Assembly: GCA_036835125.1 (NCBI GenBank) | Contig: DAITMO010000001.1 | Span: 501,160-565,159, forward strand | Direction: 5' to 3' | Origin: Patescibacteria group bacterium | GTDB taxonomy: Bacteria > Patescibacteriota > Microgenomatia > UBA8517 | DNA: 64,000 bases | In this document: positions 1-10,647 of the stretch, one piece after another | Layout: each line of letters starts with the position of its first letter | Numbering within the stretch: the stretch's first letter is position 1 | Notes under the pieces: generated by a model | Databases searched by the model: none | What the model was told of the DNA's origin: nothing | The model's input: only the letters and a program-made list of their open reading frames with translations | Translations under genes and position numbers: made by a program

Positions 1-2
1 AA

Positions 3-158
3 AGAGGTGTAACCTCTTCAATTTGTGGACAAGCTCCAAGTCAGTATGATGAGTTAGTAAGAAAACTGGTCAGATGGGGAATAACGGGAATTTCCGTAAA
101 CCCTGACAGCATAGATAGAGTTAGAGGTGTAATTGCAGAATCTGAAAAAGAAATTTAA
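3..158 (+). CDS. 3' end of a PEP-utilizing enzyme (pyruvate phosphate dikinase / PEP synthase family). The gene start lies outside the window.
   Basis: Frame 3 translates to ...SICGQAPSQYDELVRKLVRWGITGISVNPDSIDRVRGVIAESEKEI*, matching the conserved C-terminal motif of the PEP-utilizing TIM-barrel domain. It sits directly upstream of eno and gpmI. Confidence 0.5.
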   Translation, partial: RGVTSSICGQAPSQYDELVRKLVRWGITGISVNPDSIDRVRGVIAESEKEI

Positions 159-207
159 GTATGAATATTAATAACAAGATTTGTTTATAAATAACTAAAA
201 TATAAAT

Positions 208-1488
208 ATGAGTAAAATTCAACACATTTGGGCAAGAGAAACTCTAGATTCAAGAGGTATGCCTACAGTTGAGACAGCATGTCTTCTTGATACAGGAGAG
301 ATATCGGTTTATTCAGTACCAGCAGGTGCTTCAACTGGTTCTCATGAAGCACTGGAACTAAGAGATTCTGACAATCAGAGATTTCTGGGTCTTGGTGTGC
401 TTAAGGCTGTTAATAATGTGAATAATATTTTAGGCTCTGCAATTATTGGAATGGATCCAGTGGGTCAAGAGGAAATAGACAAGAAACTAGTAAGTCTTGA
501 TGGAACCGAGAATAAAAGTAAGTATGGAGCCAATGCAATTCTCTCAATATCTGGTGCAGTAGCAAAAGCAGGGGCAATGGCGTCTAAACAACCTTTGTAC
601 TCATGGATTTTTACACTTGCTTCAAAACTGGAAATTTGTAGTAGTGTAAAAGTACCAACCCCACTTTTTAACATGATTAATGGAGGTAAGCATGGTGCTG
701 GAAACCTTGATTTTCAGGAGTTTTGGGTAATTCCTACAACAACTAAAACATATACAGAGGGTCTTCAAATAGGATCTGAAATTTATTTGACAATAGGGGC
801 TAACTTGAAGCGTCGTGGAGCAATTCATTCAGTAGGAGATGAGGGTGGATATGCTCCTGACTTATTTACCAATGCAGATGCATTGGAAGTATTTGTTGAG
901 TCAATAAGACAAACCAATTATTCATTGGGGCGTGATGTTCTTTTGGGTTTGGATTTTGCCGCAAGTTCTTTTTATAAAGATGGTGAATATGTAATTAAAG
1001 ATAGAGCCTCAGCTCTTTCTAGTTCACAGCTCATTGATTATTACAAGGGTTTAGTTGATCAATATAAATTAGCAATAATGGAGGATCCTTTTTCTGAAGA
1101 CGATTGGGATACTTGGGAAAATTTTACAAGTCAAGTTTCTCAAAATATTCTAATTGTTGGAGATGACTTACTTTGTACAAATCCAAAAAGAGTTGAAAGA
1201 GCCATAAAGGAGAAAGCTTGCAACTCAATTCTTGTTAAGCCTAATCAAATTGGTACCATTTATGAGACCCTACAAGTTATAAAAATATCAAGAGATGTAG
1301 GATGGAAAATAATAGTCTCTCATAGATCAGGTGAAACAAATGATAGTTTTATTGCCGACTTTGCAGTTGGAGTTTCTGCTGATTATGTAAAATTTGGAGC
1401 TCCAGCAAGGGGAGAAAGAGTTGCTAAATACAACAGATTATCAACCATAGAGACAGAGTTGGAAAGATTTCAAAAAAATGCAGGATGA
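208..1488 (+). CDS. eno: Enolase (phosphopyruvate hydratase)
   Basis: 426 aa. N-terminus MSKIQHIWARETLDSRGMPTVE and the SHRSGETND motif are typical of enolase. The stop TGA overlaps the next ATG (ATGA). Confidence 0.95.
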   Translation: MSKIQHIWARETLDSRGMPTVETACLLDTGEISVYSVPAGASTGSHEALELRDSDNQRFLGLGVLKAVNNVNNILGSAIIGMDPVGQEEIDKKLVSLDGTENKSKYGANAILSISGAVAKAGAMASKQPLYSWIFTLASKLEICSSVKVPTPLFNMINGGKHGAGNLDFQEFWVIPTTTKTYTEGLQIGSEIYLTIGANLKRRGAIHSVGDEGGYAPDLFTNADALEVFVESIRQTNYSLGRDVLLGLDFAASSFYKDGEYVIKDRASALSSSQLIDYYKGLVDQYKLAIMEDPFSEDDWDTWENFTSQVSQNILIVGDDLLCTNPKRVERAIKEKACNSILVKPNQIGTIYETLQVIKISRDVGWKIIVSHRSGETNDSFIADFAVGVSADYVKFGAPARGERVAKYNRLSTIETELERFQKNAG

Positions 1489-3137
1489 AAAAAAGTAAAA
1501 CAGTACTTCTGATAGTAATGGATGGCTGGGGTTTGACTGCTCCGGGACCAGGGAATCCCTTATCTCAGGCAAATATTCCCAATGTTACAAGGTTTATGTC
1601 AGGCTTTCCTCATACACAACTTTTAGCCTCAGGTGAGGAAGTTGGCTTACCAAGAGGAGAGGCAGGTAACACTGAAACGGGTCACTTAAATCTTGGAGCA
1701 GGTAGAATTGTTTATCAGGATTTACAACGAATTAATCTTTCAATAGCAGATGGTTCTTTTTATGAAAATCAGGCATTAATTGGGGCAATTGATCACGCAA
1801 GAACAAATAATAGCAATCTTCATATAATGGGGTTAATAGGAGCAGGAGGAGTTCATAGCAACATTGAGCATTTATTTGCATTGATGGAATTGGCCCGTAA
1901 ACATCAATTTAAAAATGTTTTTCTTCATCTTTTTACTGATGGAAGAGACTCTCCACAAAATGCGGCTAAAGTATATATAAGTAGAGTTAGAAAAGTGATG
2001 GAAAAAGATGGGTTTGGACAAATAGCTTCAATTATGGGTAGATATTGGGCCATGGATCGTGATATGCGCTGGGATAGAACAGAAAAAGCATACAAAGCTT
2101 TAGCTAAAGGTGAAGCGCATTTATTTAAAACACCCGAGGAAGCAATTGAAACTTCCTACGCTGAAGGTAAAACCGATGAATTTATAGAACCTTCTCTTAT
2201 AACAGATTCTGAGGGAAAGCCTATTACTTTGATTAAAGAAAATGATTCTGTAATATTTTTTAATTTTAGAATAGATAGACCTAGACAACTTACAAGAGCC
2301 TTTATTTTTCCAGATTTTACAAAAGCAAATATGCCAGTTGGAGACGATCCTTTCAAGGAAAAGTATGAAAAAAGTATGCTGGCAAAAACAACGCCACCAA
2401 CAGAACCATTTAACAGAGGCTCTAGAATTAATAATTTATATTTTGCCACAATGACAGAGTATGAGCAGCTCATTATGGATGCTGGTGCTAAAGTTGCTTT
2501 TCCTCCTGAAAAAGTAAAATACCCTTTAGGAGCCGTTCTTTCAGGAAGAGGGATTAGGCAACTTAGAGTTTCTGAAAGTGAAAAGGAAAGGTTTGTAACT
2601 TTTTATTTTAACGGACAACAAGAAACAGCATTTGATGGAGAAGATAGATTAATAATTCCTTCACCTAAAGTAGCTACATATGACCTTAAGCCTGAAATGA
2701 GTGCAAAGGAAATAACTCTGTCAGTCTTAGAAAAGTTAAAAACTAACACATACGGATTTATACTTATAAATTTTGCAAATCCAGATATGGTGGGACACAC
2801 TGGAAACATTGGTGCAGCTGTTAAAGCATGTGAGGTGGTAGATGAATGTGTAGGTAAACTTGGTGATCATATTCTTGCCTATGGAGGCAGTATGATTGTC
2901 ACTGCTGACCATGGGAATGTTGAAACAATGATAAATCCAGCTACAGGTACAATTGATACAGAGCACAATACTAGCCCCGTACCTTTTGTTGTAGTTTCTA
3001 AAAAATTTCTAGGTAAATCTTTTGTTTTGCCATCAGGAATTTTGGCAGATATAGCTCCTACTGTATTAAACTTGCTTGGAATTTCCGTCCCATCAGAAAT
3101 GACAGGAAGAAATCTTCTTGAGAGACTACCTGTTTAA
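1485..3137 (+). CDS. gpmI: 2,3-bisphosphoglycerate-independent phosphoglycerate mutase
   Basis: 550 aa with an iPGM-type N-terminus (LLIVMDGWG) and metal-binding motifs (ADHGN). Translationally coupled to eno. Confidence 0.9.
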   Translation: MKKSKTVLLIVMDGWGLTAPGPGNPLSQANIPNVTRFMSGFPHTQLLASGEEVGLPRGEAGNTETGHLNLGAGRIVYQDLQRINLSIADGSFYENQALIGAIDHARTNNSNLHIMGLIGAGGVHSNIEHLFALMELARKHQFKNVFLHLFTDGRDSPQNAAKVYISRVRKVMEKDGFGQIASIMGRYWAMDRDMRWDRTEKAYKALAKGEAHLFKTPEEAIETSYAEGKTDEFIEPSLITDSEGKPITLIKENDSVIFFNFRIDRPRQLTRAFIFPDFTKANMPVGDDPFKEKYEKSMLAKTTPPTEPFNRGSRINNLYFATMTEYEQLIMDAGAKVAFPPEKVKYPLGAVLSGRGIRQLRVSESEKERFVTFYFNGQQETAFDGEDRLIIPSPKVATYDLKPEMSAKEITLSVLEKLKTNTYGFILINFANPDMVGHTGNIGAAVKACEVVDECVGKLGDHILAYGGSMIVTADHGNVETMINPATGTIDTEHNTSPVPFVVVSKKFLGKSFVLPSGILADIAPTVLNLLGISVPSEMTGRNLLERLPV

Positions 3138-3163
3138 GGTTATAATTTACTATTGTTTGAAAA

Positions 3164-3823
3164 ATGGAAGTAATTACTTTTTTAATTGATTTCATATTAC
3201 ATATCGATGTTCACCTTGGTGAAATAATTTCAGCTTATGGTTTTGCAACATACGCAATTCTATTTGTGATTATTTTTATTGAAACAGGTCTTGTTTTTAC
3301 TCCATTTTTACCAGGAGATTCACTTCTATTTGCAGCAGGAGCCTTTGCAGCATTAGGTTCACTTAATATAGTTTATGTGATTGTACTTTTGATTGTTGCC
3401 GCGTTTTTGGGTGACACCTGTAACTACTGGATAGGACATTTCTTTGGAGCAAAATTAGTAGCAAATCCTAAGGTTCCAATTAAAATGGAGCATATTGAAG
3501 AAACAAAGAAGTTTTTTGATAAACATGGAGGAAAAACAATAATTTTGGCAAGATTTGTACCAATAGTGAGAACCTTTGCTCCTTTTGTTGCTGGAATTGG
3601 AAAGATGCACTATGGAGACTTTGTTAAATATAATGTGGTAGGTGCAATTCTTTGGGTACTAATTGCAGGTTTGGCAGGATATTTCTTTGGAAATATTCCA
3701 TTTGTAAAAGATAATTTTTCGTTAATTATTTTGGCAGTTATCTTAATATCAGTATTGCCCATGGCGATACCTGCTGGTATTAAAATATTGAAAAAAATAA
3801 TAAGAAAGATTAAACAAAAATAG
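3164..3823 (+). CDS. DedA/SNARE-associated family membrane protein
   Basis: 219 aa, multi-TM. Carries the DedA motif [22 protein letters not shown]. Confidence 0.7.
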   Translation: MEVITFLIDFILHIDVHLGEIISAYGFATYAILFVIIFIETGLVFTPFLPGDSLLFAAGAFAALGSLNIVYVIVLLIVAAFLGDTCNYWIGHFFGAKLVANPKVPIKMEHIEETKKFFDKHGGKTIILARFVPIVRTFAPFVAGIGKMHYGDFVKYNVVGAILWVLIAGLAGYFFGNIPFVKDNFSLIILAVILISVLPMAIPAGIKILKKIIRKIKQK

Positions 3824-3860
3824 TTTTTCTAGAAATAGCGTATAAATGAAAACGAAGAAA

Positions 3861-4526
3861 TTAATTTTTATATCTTCTCACTAACCCTACTACTTTTCCT
3901 TGTATTCTCACATTTTTAACAAATATTGGTTGCATTGTTGAGTTTGCAGGCTGAAGTCTAATACGGGTTGCTTCTTTATAATATCTTTTAAGAGTAGCCA
4001 TTCCGTTATCAAGTAAGGCTACAACAACTTCACCATCGCGTGCATTGTCTGTTTGTTCAACAATTACATTATCTCCATCCATTATTCCGTCTTCAATCAT
4101 GCTCTCACCTTTAACTTGAAGCACATAGGTTCTTTTTCCTCCACTTACCATTGAAAGAGGAATGTTCATTGTTGCATTAGGATCTGTAAAAGCTTCAATT
4201 GGCATTCCTGCTGCAATATATCCCAAAATTGGAGCATTAAAGTTTTCAGATTTAACTAGGCTTGTATCACCTTCAAGAAGTTCAATTGAACGTGATTTAC
4301 CTTGTTTTCTTTTAATCAGACCTTTTACCTCAAGTGCTTGAAGGTGCTCATGGACAGTTGCTAAAGAAGAAACACCGATTGCTTCAGCTATTTGTTTTAG
4401 AGTTGGGGCACTTCCATTAAGTTCTATAAATTGCTTAATGAATCCTAAAATTTGTCTTTGTTTTGAGTAAACTATTAATGGCATATTTGTTATAAACAAT
4501 TTACAAATATTACCCGAATTGGTCAA
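3861..4526 (-). CDS. lexA: LexA repressor (SOS regulator). The true start is probably the internal Met at 4484.
   Basis: N-terminal winged HTH (TLKQIAEAIGVSSLATVHEHLQALEVKGLIKR) and a C-terminal S24 peptidase domain (GESMIEDGIMDGDNVIVEQ, Ser/Lys dyad region). A LexA-like N-terminus begins at MPLIVYSKQRQIL. Confidence 0.8.
   Translation of the reverse strand: MTNSGNICKLFITNMPLIVYSKQRQILGFIKQFIELNGSAPTLKQIAEAIGVSSLATVHEHLQALEVKGLIKRKQGKSRSIELLEGDTSLVKSENFNAPILGYIAAGMPIEAFTDPNATMNIPLSMVSGGKRTYVLQVKGESMIEDGIMDGDNVIVEQTDNARDGEVVVALLDNGMATLKRYYKEATRIRLQPANSTMQPIFVKNVRIQGKVVGLVRRYKN
4487..4499. promoter_or_regulatory. Perfect 13-bp palindrome TTGTTATAAACAA immediately upstream of the probable lexA start. 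Candidate operator.
   Basis: Inverted repeat TTGTT-ATA-AACAA, read directly from the sequence. It lies in the lexA/uvrB divergent region. Confidence 0.25.
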
Positions 4527-4582
4527 CTAGATCTTTCTAACTCAAACCCAAACATTTACCAAAGCTGTGTTACAATTACTTT

Positions 4583-6607
4583 ATGAAATTTAAACTAAGC
4601 ACTAATTACAAAATGATTCCTGATCAGGTAAAAGCAGTTGAAACTCTTTCTAGTCAAGTTTTGCGTGGACAAAAGTATCAAACTTTACTTGGTGTCACGG
4701 GTTCTGGGAAAACTTTTACCATGGCAAATATGATTGAAAAGGTTCAGAGGCCAACTTTGATTATTTCTCACAATAAAACTTTAGCTGCACAGCTATATCA
4801 AGAAATGCGCGACCTTTTCCCAGATAATGCAGTTTCCTACTTTGTTTCATACTACGACTACTACCAACCTGAGGCATATATACCCTCAACAGATACTTAT
4901 ATAGAAAAAGATGCAGATATAAATGAAACAATAGATAAACTTAGACTTGCTGCTACAGCTAACTTATTAACACGTTCTGACTCAATTGTTGTTGCCTCAG
5001 TTTCCTGCATATATAACATTGGTTCACCAAAAAAATACGGAAAATTTGTTCTTGAAATTACAGCAGGAATGAAGATTAAAAGGGAACAGATTATAGATCG
5101 AATAGTGGACCTTCAATACGAGAGAAGTGAATTTGGATTTGATAGGGGAACATTCCGTGTAAGAGGAAACGCAATTGATATATTTCCTGCCTACATGGAT
5201 GAAGCCATGCATATTGAGTTTGATGAAGAGAGAATTGCAAATAATGAGCTAATTAACCCCTTAACTGGCATAAAAGCAGAACCTAAAAATGGATATACTC
5301 CAACAAACTTTGCACTATACCCCGCAAAACATTTCATGACAGACCCTGAAAGCTATGATGATGCATTTACTGCCATGATGAACGATTTAGATATTCAGGT
5401 ACGGAAGTTTAAAAAAGAAGGAAAAGATTTGGAGGCTCATAGAATTGCTCAAAAAGTTACATATGATATTGAAATGATTAAGGAAGTAGGCTACGTAAAA
5501 GGAATTGAAAACTACTCAAGGTATTTTGATGGAAGAGAACCAGGAGACGCTCCGTTCTCGCTTTTGGACTACTTTAATGAACCCTACAAAGATAAATGGA
5601 TGCTAATGGTAGATGAATCCCACATGACTTTCCCTCAGATTAGAGGAATGTTTAATGGAGATTTGGCAAGAAAACAAACACTTATCGATTATGGTTTCAG
5701 ACTTCCATCAGCCCTTGATAACAGACCTCTTAAGTTTGATGAGTTTATGAGAAGAGTTCCAAATTTTATAGCTAGTTCAGCAACCCCAAATGATTGGGAG
5801 TTGTCTATGAGTGAAGGAAAGAAAGTTGAGCTTTTGGTTCGTCCAACAGGTATTCCAGATCCTGAAGTTGATATTAGACCCATCAAAAACCAAGTATCTG
5901 ACGTTATTGAAGAAATTAAAAAGACAACTGCAAAAGGGCAAAGAACTCTTGTTACAACCATGACCAAGAAAACTGCAGAAGATTTAAGTGCCTACTTAAA
6001 TGAACATGGCTTAAAAGTTCAGTACCTTCATTCAGATGTAGCCACACTTGATAGAACAGATATTTTGGATGACTTAAGAAAAGGAAAATATGATGTTTTA
6101 GTTGGAATTAACCTCCTAAGAGAAGGTTTAGACCTTCCTGAAGTATCCTTGGTAGCAATTTTAGATGCAGATAAAGAAGGATTCCTCCGGTCCGACGTGA
6201 CCCTAATTCAAACGATGGGTAGGGCTGCTAGACACGTTGAGGGACGCGTTATTATGTATGCTGATAGAATCACTGGCTCAATGGAAAGAGCCTTAAGTGA
6301 GGTCAAACGTAGGCGTGAATATCAGCTTAAATACAATAAAAAACATAGAATCACTCCTAAAAGTGTAGTTAAACCAATTAGGGAAAAACTAATAGATAGA
6401 ACAGAAAAAGAAAAAGCTCCTTGGATATTTGGAAGTAAAGAGCCAGTATTTGAAAGTTTGCCCCATATGGAAATAGACTCAATGACCCCAATGGAAAAGA
6501 AAAGGTTAGTCAAAAACCTAACAACAGAAATGCGTATAGCAGCTCAAGACTTAAACTTTGAACTAGCAGCGGAGATTAGGGACAAGATTAAGGAAATAAA
6601 CTTATAG
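4583..6607 (+). CDS. uvrB: Excinuclease ABC subunit B
   Basis: 674 aa. Walker A LLGVTGSGKTF, the YYDYYQPEAY motif, helicase motifs and a C-terminal UVR domain. Confidence 0.95.
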   Translation: MKFKLSTNYKMIPDQVKAVETLSSQVLRGQKYQTLLGVTGSGKTFTMANMIEKVQRPTLIISHNKTLAAQLYQEMRDLFPDNAVSYFVSYYDYYQPEAYIPSTDTYIEKDADINETIDKLRLAATANLLTRSDSIVVASVSCIYNIGSPKKYGKFVLEITAGMKIKREQIIDRIVDLQYERSEFGFDRGTFRVRGNAIDIFPAYMDEAMHIEFDEERIANNELINPLTGIKAEPKNGYTPTNFALYPAKHFMTDPESYDDAFTAMMNDLDIQVRKFKKEGKDLEAHRIAQKVTYDIEMIKEVGYVKGIENYSRYFDGREPGDAPFSLLDYFNEPYKDKWMLMVDESHMTFPQIRGMFNGDLARKQTLIDYGFRLPSALDNRPLKFDEFMRRVPNFIASSATPNDWELSMSEGKKVELLVRPTGIPDPEVDIRPIKNQVSDVIEEIKKTTAKGQRTLVTTMTKKTAEDLSAYLNEHGLKVQYLHSDVATLDRTDILDDLRKGKYDVLVGINLLREGLDLPEVSLVAILDADKEGFLRSDVTLIQTMGRAARHVEGRVIMYADRITGSMERALSEVKRRREYQLKYNKKHRITPKSVVKPIREKLIDRTEKEKAPWIFGSKEPVFESLPHMEIDSMTPMEKKRLVKNLTTEMRIAAQDLNFELAAEIRDKIKEINL

Positions 6608-6733
6608 TTATAGCCTATAATGTCTTGACATCCAATATTTTCTGTGCTATCATTCCAGGTAGATTGAACCGTAAGTGTTGGATGAGGTCTTGGCTTTACG
6701 CCAAAATCAATGACTCCAAAAACTGCGGTTCTT

Positions 6734-7543
6734 CTATTTTGTCTTACTTGAATATTTATAAGGAACTCCGTATATTCTAATTGTAAATTTGGGATATTTA
6801 GACTCTGCTCGTGCCTGGTTTATACTTTTCCACTTTGAAATACTGGGAAGTTTGAATTTGTTTTTAACATATTCGCTAAATTCCTTTTTGTACTTGTTTT
6901 TAGTTGTAAATATTTCATTTCTAATAGAGCCAAGTAATAAATCACAAATCTGGATTGTGTGAGTTGATTCTTTCTTAGAATCAATATAATCAAAATGTTT
7001 AAGATATTTTTGTTTTTGATTCATAAGTTTTTCATTGATAATTGAATTAAAATTGTCACCTTTACATCTTGTAAGATAATCCATCAAAAGCACTCCATCA
7101 TCTACTTTTCTTGAGGAATAATTGTTCTTTATTAACAATTCCACTATTTTTGTATATATCATTGCCTTTTTTACCTTTAGAGATAATGGAGTGTTCGAAA
7201 GTTTTCGCATGTGTTCCAAGTCATCTTGAGTGTATTGGATTACACCTGCTCTAAAAAAGGATTTGTATGAATTTGCGAATAAATCTACTGAAAGTTTAGC
7301 GATATTTAATGTTTTTCTTGAATTTAATTTACTGTACTTAATTTCCTTAACTGATCCATTTTTATCAAAAAACTTATTATCTTTTTTAATTTTTAAAAAC
7401 TGTTTGTGAAAAAATGTTTTCTCCGAATCAGTTGGAATAAATAAAGCACCAATAATTATTGTATCTTTATCATATGACTCATCGAGATAAGTTAACATTT
7501 TCTCTACTTTATTATATACCCATGTTATAATTCCCTTGTCCAC
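6734..7543 (-). CDS. DUF3800-like protein (paralog of 38358..39101)
   Basis: N-terminal YLDES motif and C-terminal QICDLLLGSIRN motif. The same pattern (FMDESG ... QMADVLIGLVA) occurs in the second copy. It sits between uvrB and uvrA. Confidence 0.5.
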   Translation of the reverse strand: MDKGIITWVYNKVEKMLTYLDESYDKDTIIIGALFIPTDSEKTFFHKQFLKIKKDNKFFDKNGSVKEIKYSKLNSRKTLNIAKLSVDLFANSYKSFFRAGVIQYTQDDLEHMRKLSNTPLSLKVKKAMIYTKIVELLIKNNYSSRKVDDGVLLMDYLTRCKGDNFNSIINEKLMNQKQKYLKHFDYIDSKKESTHTIQICDLLLGSIRNEIFTTKNKYKKEFSEYVKNKFKLPSISKWKSINQARAESKYPKFTIRIYGVPYKYSSKTK

Positions 7544-7630
7544 CGGATAAAACCGGCGGGAAATTTGCGTGGGGGAGTGTATTTACCCCTTTGCAAATGT
7601 TTCGGTATTTGTTAGGATAAATTTTATTGT

Positions 7631-10546
7631 ATGGATAATCAAATAAAAATCAGAGGAGCCAGACAGCATAATCTCAAAAACGTTGATTTGGATATTCCTA
7701 AAAATAAACTTGTTGTATTAACAGGTGTCTCCGGTAGTGGAAAAAGTTCCTTAGCTTTCGATACTCTCTATGCAGAGGGACAAAGACGCTATGTCGAAAG
7801 TCTTTCTTCATACGCTCGTCAGTTTCTGGGAATAATGGAAAAGCCTGATGTGGATTCTATTGAAGGGCTTTCTCCTGCCATTTCCATTGATCAAAAAACA
7901 ACTTCCCACAACCCTCGAAGTACAGTTGGAACTGTTACTGAAATCTATGACTATTTAAGGCTTCTTTTTGCAAGAATTGGACACCCCCACTGTTCTATAT
8001 GTGGTAGAGAAATTTCCCATCAAACACTTGATCAGATAGTAGATGGGGTGCTTGATATGATTGAAAAGAAGGTAAAGGCAGATAAAAAAGGCTGGTACTT
8101 GGTTTTTTCCCCAATGGTTCAGGATAGAAAAGGAGAATTTTCTCAGCTATTTGATAATTTAAAGAGTAAAGGCTACAGACAAGTTAGAATTGATGGATTC
8201 ATACATGATTTAAGTGAAGACTTGGTTCTCATTAAAACCAACAAACACACAATTGAAGCAGTTACAGATAGAATTGTGGTTTCTACCGATACATTTAAAA
8301 CTGAATCTGCTAAAGCGGAACTCAGAGGAAGATTATCTGACTCAATCCAACAAGCACTTAACCTTTCTGAAGGTTTGGTTGTTTTAGGGGAAGTTCTGGA
8401 TAAAGAGTTTTCGATGCCGGTTGCCCCCAAGAAATTCACAGATCATCTATTTTCAGAAAGATTTTCCTGTCCTGTTGATAACATAAGCCTTCCTGAGATT
8501 GAACCTAGAACATTCTCTTTCAATTCACCTCACGGTGCTTGTCCAACTTGTACAGGTTTAGGAAAAATCTTGAAAGTTGAGCCTGACCTAATATTCTCCC
8601 CGGAACTGACAATAAATGAAGGTGGAATACTGCCGTATGCCAATACATTTGAGCATGAAACCTGGTATGGAAGGATTATGAAGAAAATGTGTGAAGAAAA
8701 TAATATTGATATGAGAGTTCCAATTAAAGATTTACCCCAAGAAAAAATTGACACACTTTTGAACGGAACAGGTAAAAAACTATACAAGGTATATGGAACA
8801 AATAGGTTTGGTAAAGAAACATATATTTATAATGAATTTAAAGGAATTGTGGCTGAGTTAGAACGTAGGTATCAAGAATCTGAAAGTGATTGGGTAAAAG
8901 AAGAAATTAGAAAGTATATGAGAGAGCAGGTTTGTCCGGATTGTCTAGGAGCAAGACTCAAAAAAGAAGCTCTTGGCATAACAATTGGTGGATTATCAAT
9001 TTCTGAAGTTACAGCCTTCTCTATAGACAAATGTATAGGTTGGATTGAGAGTCTTAATGACAATGGAACAACAAATACCAGAGAAAAGGAAATTGCACAC
9101 CTAATAATCAAAGAAACAGTAGGAAGACTAAAATTTCTTGTTTCTGTAGGTCTTGAGTATCTAACCCTTAATAGAGTTGCAGGTTCTCTTTCAGGAGGAG
9201 AGGCTCAAAGAATTAGACTTGCTTCTCAAATTGGCTCAGGATTAACCGGTGTTTTATACGTACTGGACGAACCCACAATTGGACTTCACCCGAGAGATGA
9301 TCAAAAACTAATTGATACCCTTAAAAAGCTTAGAGACTTAGGAAATACAGTAGTAGTAGTTGAGCATGATGCAGAAATGATGAATCAGAGTGACTATATA
9401 GTGGACTTTGGACCAGGAGCAGGTAAACATGGGGGGGAAGTTATTGCAGTTGGGACGCCACTCGAAATTAAAGACAATCCAAAATCTATTACAGGAAAAT
9501 ATTTAAGCGGTAAAAAGAAAGTAGAGATTGGAAAAGCACAACTTAAAATTGATACAAAAGAAGAAAAATTGAAACTTGTTGGAGCTAACAAGTTTAATCT
9601 TAAAAACATTAACCTAGAACTACCACTTGGTAAACTTGTTTCAATTACGGGTGTTTCAGGAAGTGGAAAATCGACTCTTTTGGTTGATACACTCTATCCA
9701 GCTCTACAACGAGAACTAAACCCACTTTATCGTGGTGAGGTTGGAGGATATAAACGTGTAGAGGGATTAGATTTCATAGATAAAGCAATTCTAATTGATC
9801 AAAGCCCAATAGGGAGAACCCCAAGAAGTAATCCTGCTACATACACAGGTTTATTTGATCCCATTCGTGACGTTTTTACAGCAACAAGAGAGGCTAAGAC
9901 TTTAGGATTTAAGAAAGGAAGATTTTCATTTAATGTCCGAGGTGGGCGCTGTGAAGCATGTGAGGGACAGGGACAAATTAAAATTGAAATGCAGTTTATG
10001 AGTGACATTTGGGTAACTTGCGATGTTTGTCATGGAAAGCGCTACAACGCTCAAACATTAGAGGTAATATATAGAGGTAAAAATATTGCAGAAGTACTAG
10101 ATATGACAGTTGATGAAGCTCTTGAGTTCTTCCATGCACATCCGCAGATTGAACAAAAGTTAGAAACACTATCTTTGGTTGGATTGGGATATATGGAGCT
10201 AGGGCAGCCTGCAACAACATTATCAGGAGGAGAAGCTCAAAGGGTGAAACTAGCAACAGAACTATCACGGCGTGCTACAGGTAAAACTGTATATATACTT
10301 GATGAACCAACAACAGGACTTCACTTTGCAGATGTTGAAAAACTTTTAAGAGTACTAAAACTACTTGTACAAAAAGGTAACTCAGTTTTTGTAATTGAAC
10401 ATAATTTGGATGTTATTAAAAATAGTGATTGGATAATTGATTTAGGTCCTGAAGGAGGAGATGGTGGAGGAGAAATTGTAGCAGTAGGAAGACCAATAGA
10501 TATTGTTAAAAATATAAAATCCTATACTGGCAAATATTTGAGATAA
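7631..10546 (+). CDS. uvrA: Excinuclease ABC subunit A
   Basis: 971 aa with two ABC ATPase modules ([23 protein letters not shown]; LSGGEAQR twice) and zinc-finger Cys clusters. Confidence 0.95.
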   Translation: MDNQIKIRGARQHNLKNVDLDIPKNKLVVLTGVSGSGKSSLAFDTLYAEGQRRYVESLSSYARQFLGIMEKPDVDSIEGLSPAISIDQKTTSHNPRSTVGTVTEIYDYLRLLFARIGHPHCSICGREISHQTLDQIVDGVLDMIEKKVKADKKGWYLVFSPMVQDRKGEFSQLFDNLKSKGYRQVRIDGFIHDLSEDLVLIKTNKHTIEAVTDRIVVSTDTFKTESAKAELRGRLSDSIQQALNLSEGLVVLGEVLDKEFSMPVAPKKFTDHLFSERFSCPVDNISLPEIEPRTFSFNSPHGACPTCTGLGKILKVEPDLIFSPELTINEGGILPYANTFEHETWYGRIMKKMCEENNIDMRVPIKDLPQEKIDTLLNGTGKKLYKVYGTNRFGKETYIYNEFKGIVAELERRYQESESDWVKEEIRKYMREQVCPDCLGARLKKEALGITIGGLSISEVTAFSIDKCIGWIESLNDNGTTNTREKEIAHLIIKETVGRLKFLVSVGLEYLTLNRVAGSLSGGEAQRIRLASQIGSGLTGVLYVLDEPTIGLHPRDDQKLIDTLKKLRDLGNTVVVVEHDAEMMNQSDYIVDFGPGAGKHGGEVIAVGTPLEIKDNPKSITGKYLSGKKKVEIGKAQLKIDTKEEKLKLVGANKFNLKNINLELPLGKLVSITGVSGSGKSTLLVDTLYPALQRELNPLYRGEVGGYKRVEGLDFIDKAILIDQSPIGRTPRSNPATYTGLFDPIRDVFTATREAKTLGFKKGRFSFNVRGGRCEACEGQGQIKIEMQFMSDIWVTCDVCHGKRYNAQTLEVIYRGKNIAEVLDMTVDEALEFFHAHPQIEQKLETLSLVGLGYMELGQPATTLSGGEAQRVKLATELSRRATGKTVYILDEPTTGLHFADVEKLLRVLKLLVQKGNSVFVIEHNLDVIKNSDWIIDLGPEGGDGGGEIVAVGRPIDIVKNIKSYTGKYLR

Positions 10547-10647
10547 TCCAAACATTTGCCAAGAAAAAACCTGGATATTCATTTCTCGATTGCTCGAAAA
10601 AATCCTATCCAGGTTTAATTTAAATCAGTCGCTTGCTCGCTTGTTTA

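Noticed and set aside
465-828. Numerous short antisense ORFs (60 to 110 aa) nested inside large conserved genes such as eno, gpmI, uvrA, uvrB, pyrG, thrS, pheT and the PBP gene
   Set aside because: They lie inside strongly supported CDS on the opposite strand, have low-complexity translations, and show no conserved motifs.
1485-1488. Possible alternative genetic code (UGA recoded, as in some candidate phyla)
   Set aside because: eno ends at a TGA at exactly the expected protein length (426 aa) and overlaps the gpmI ATG. Many other conserved genes end at TGA/TAA/TAG at normal lengths, so the standard code applies.
4560-4582. E. coli-type LexA box (CTGT-N8-ACAG) upstream of uvrB
   Set aside because: The candidate CTGTGTTACAATTACT lacks the 3' ACAG half-site. 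I kept it only as part of a possible lineage-specific motif.
10571-10613. Inverted repeat CCTGGATA-N27-TATCCAGG between the convergent uvrA and membrane-protein genes, as a bidirectional terminator
   Set aside because: The loop is too long (27 nt) for a canonical intrinsic terminator. It might be a protein-binding site, but nothing else supports it.
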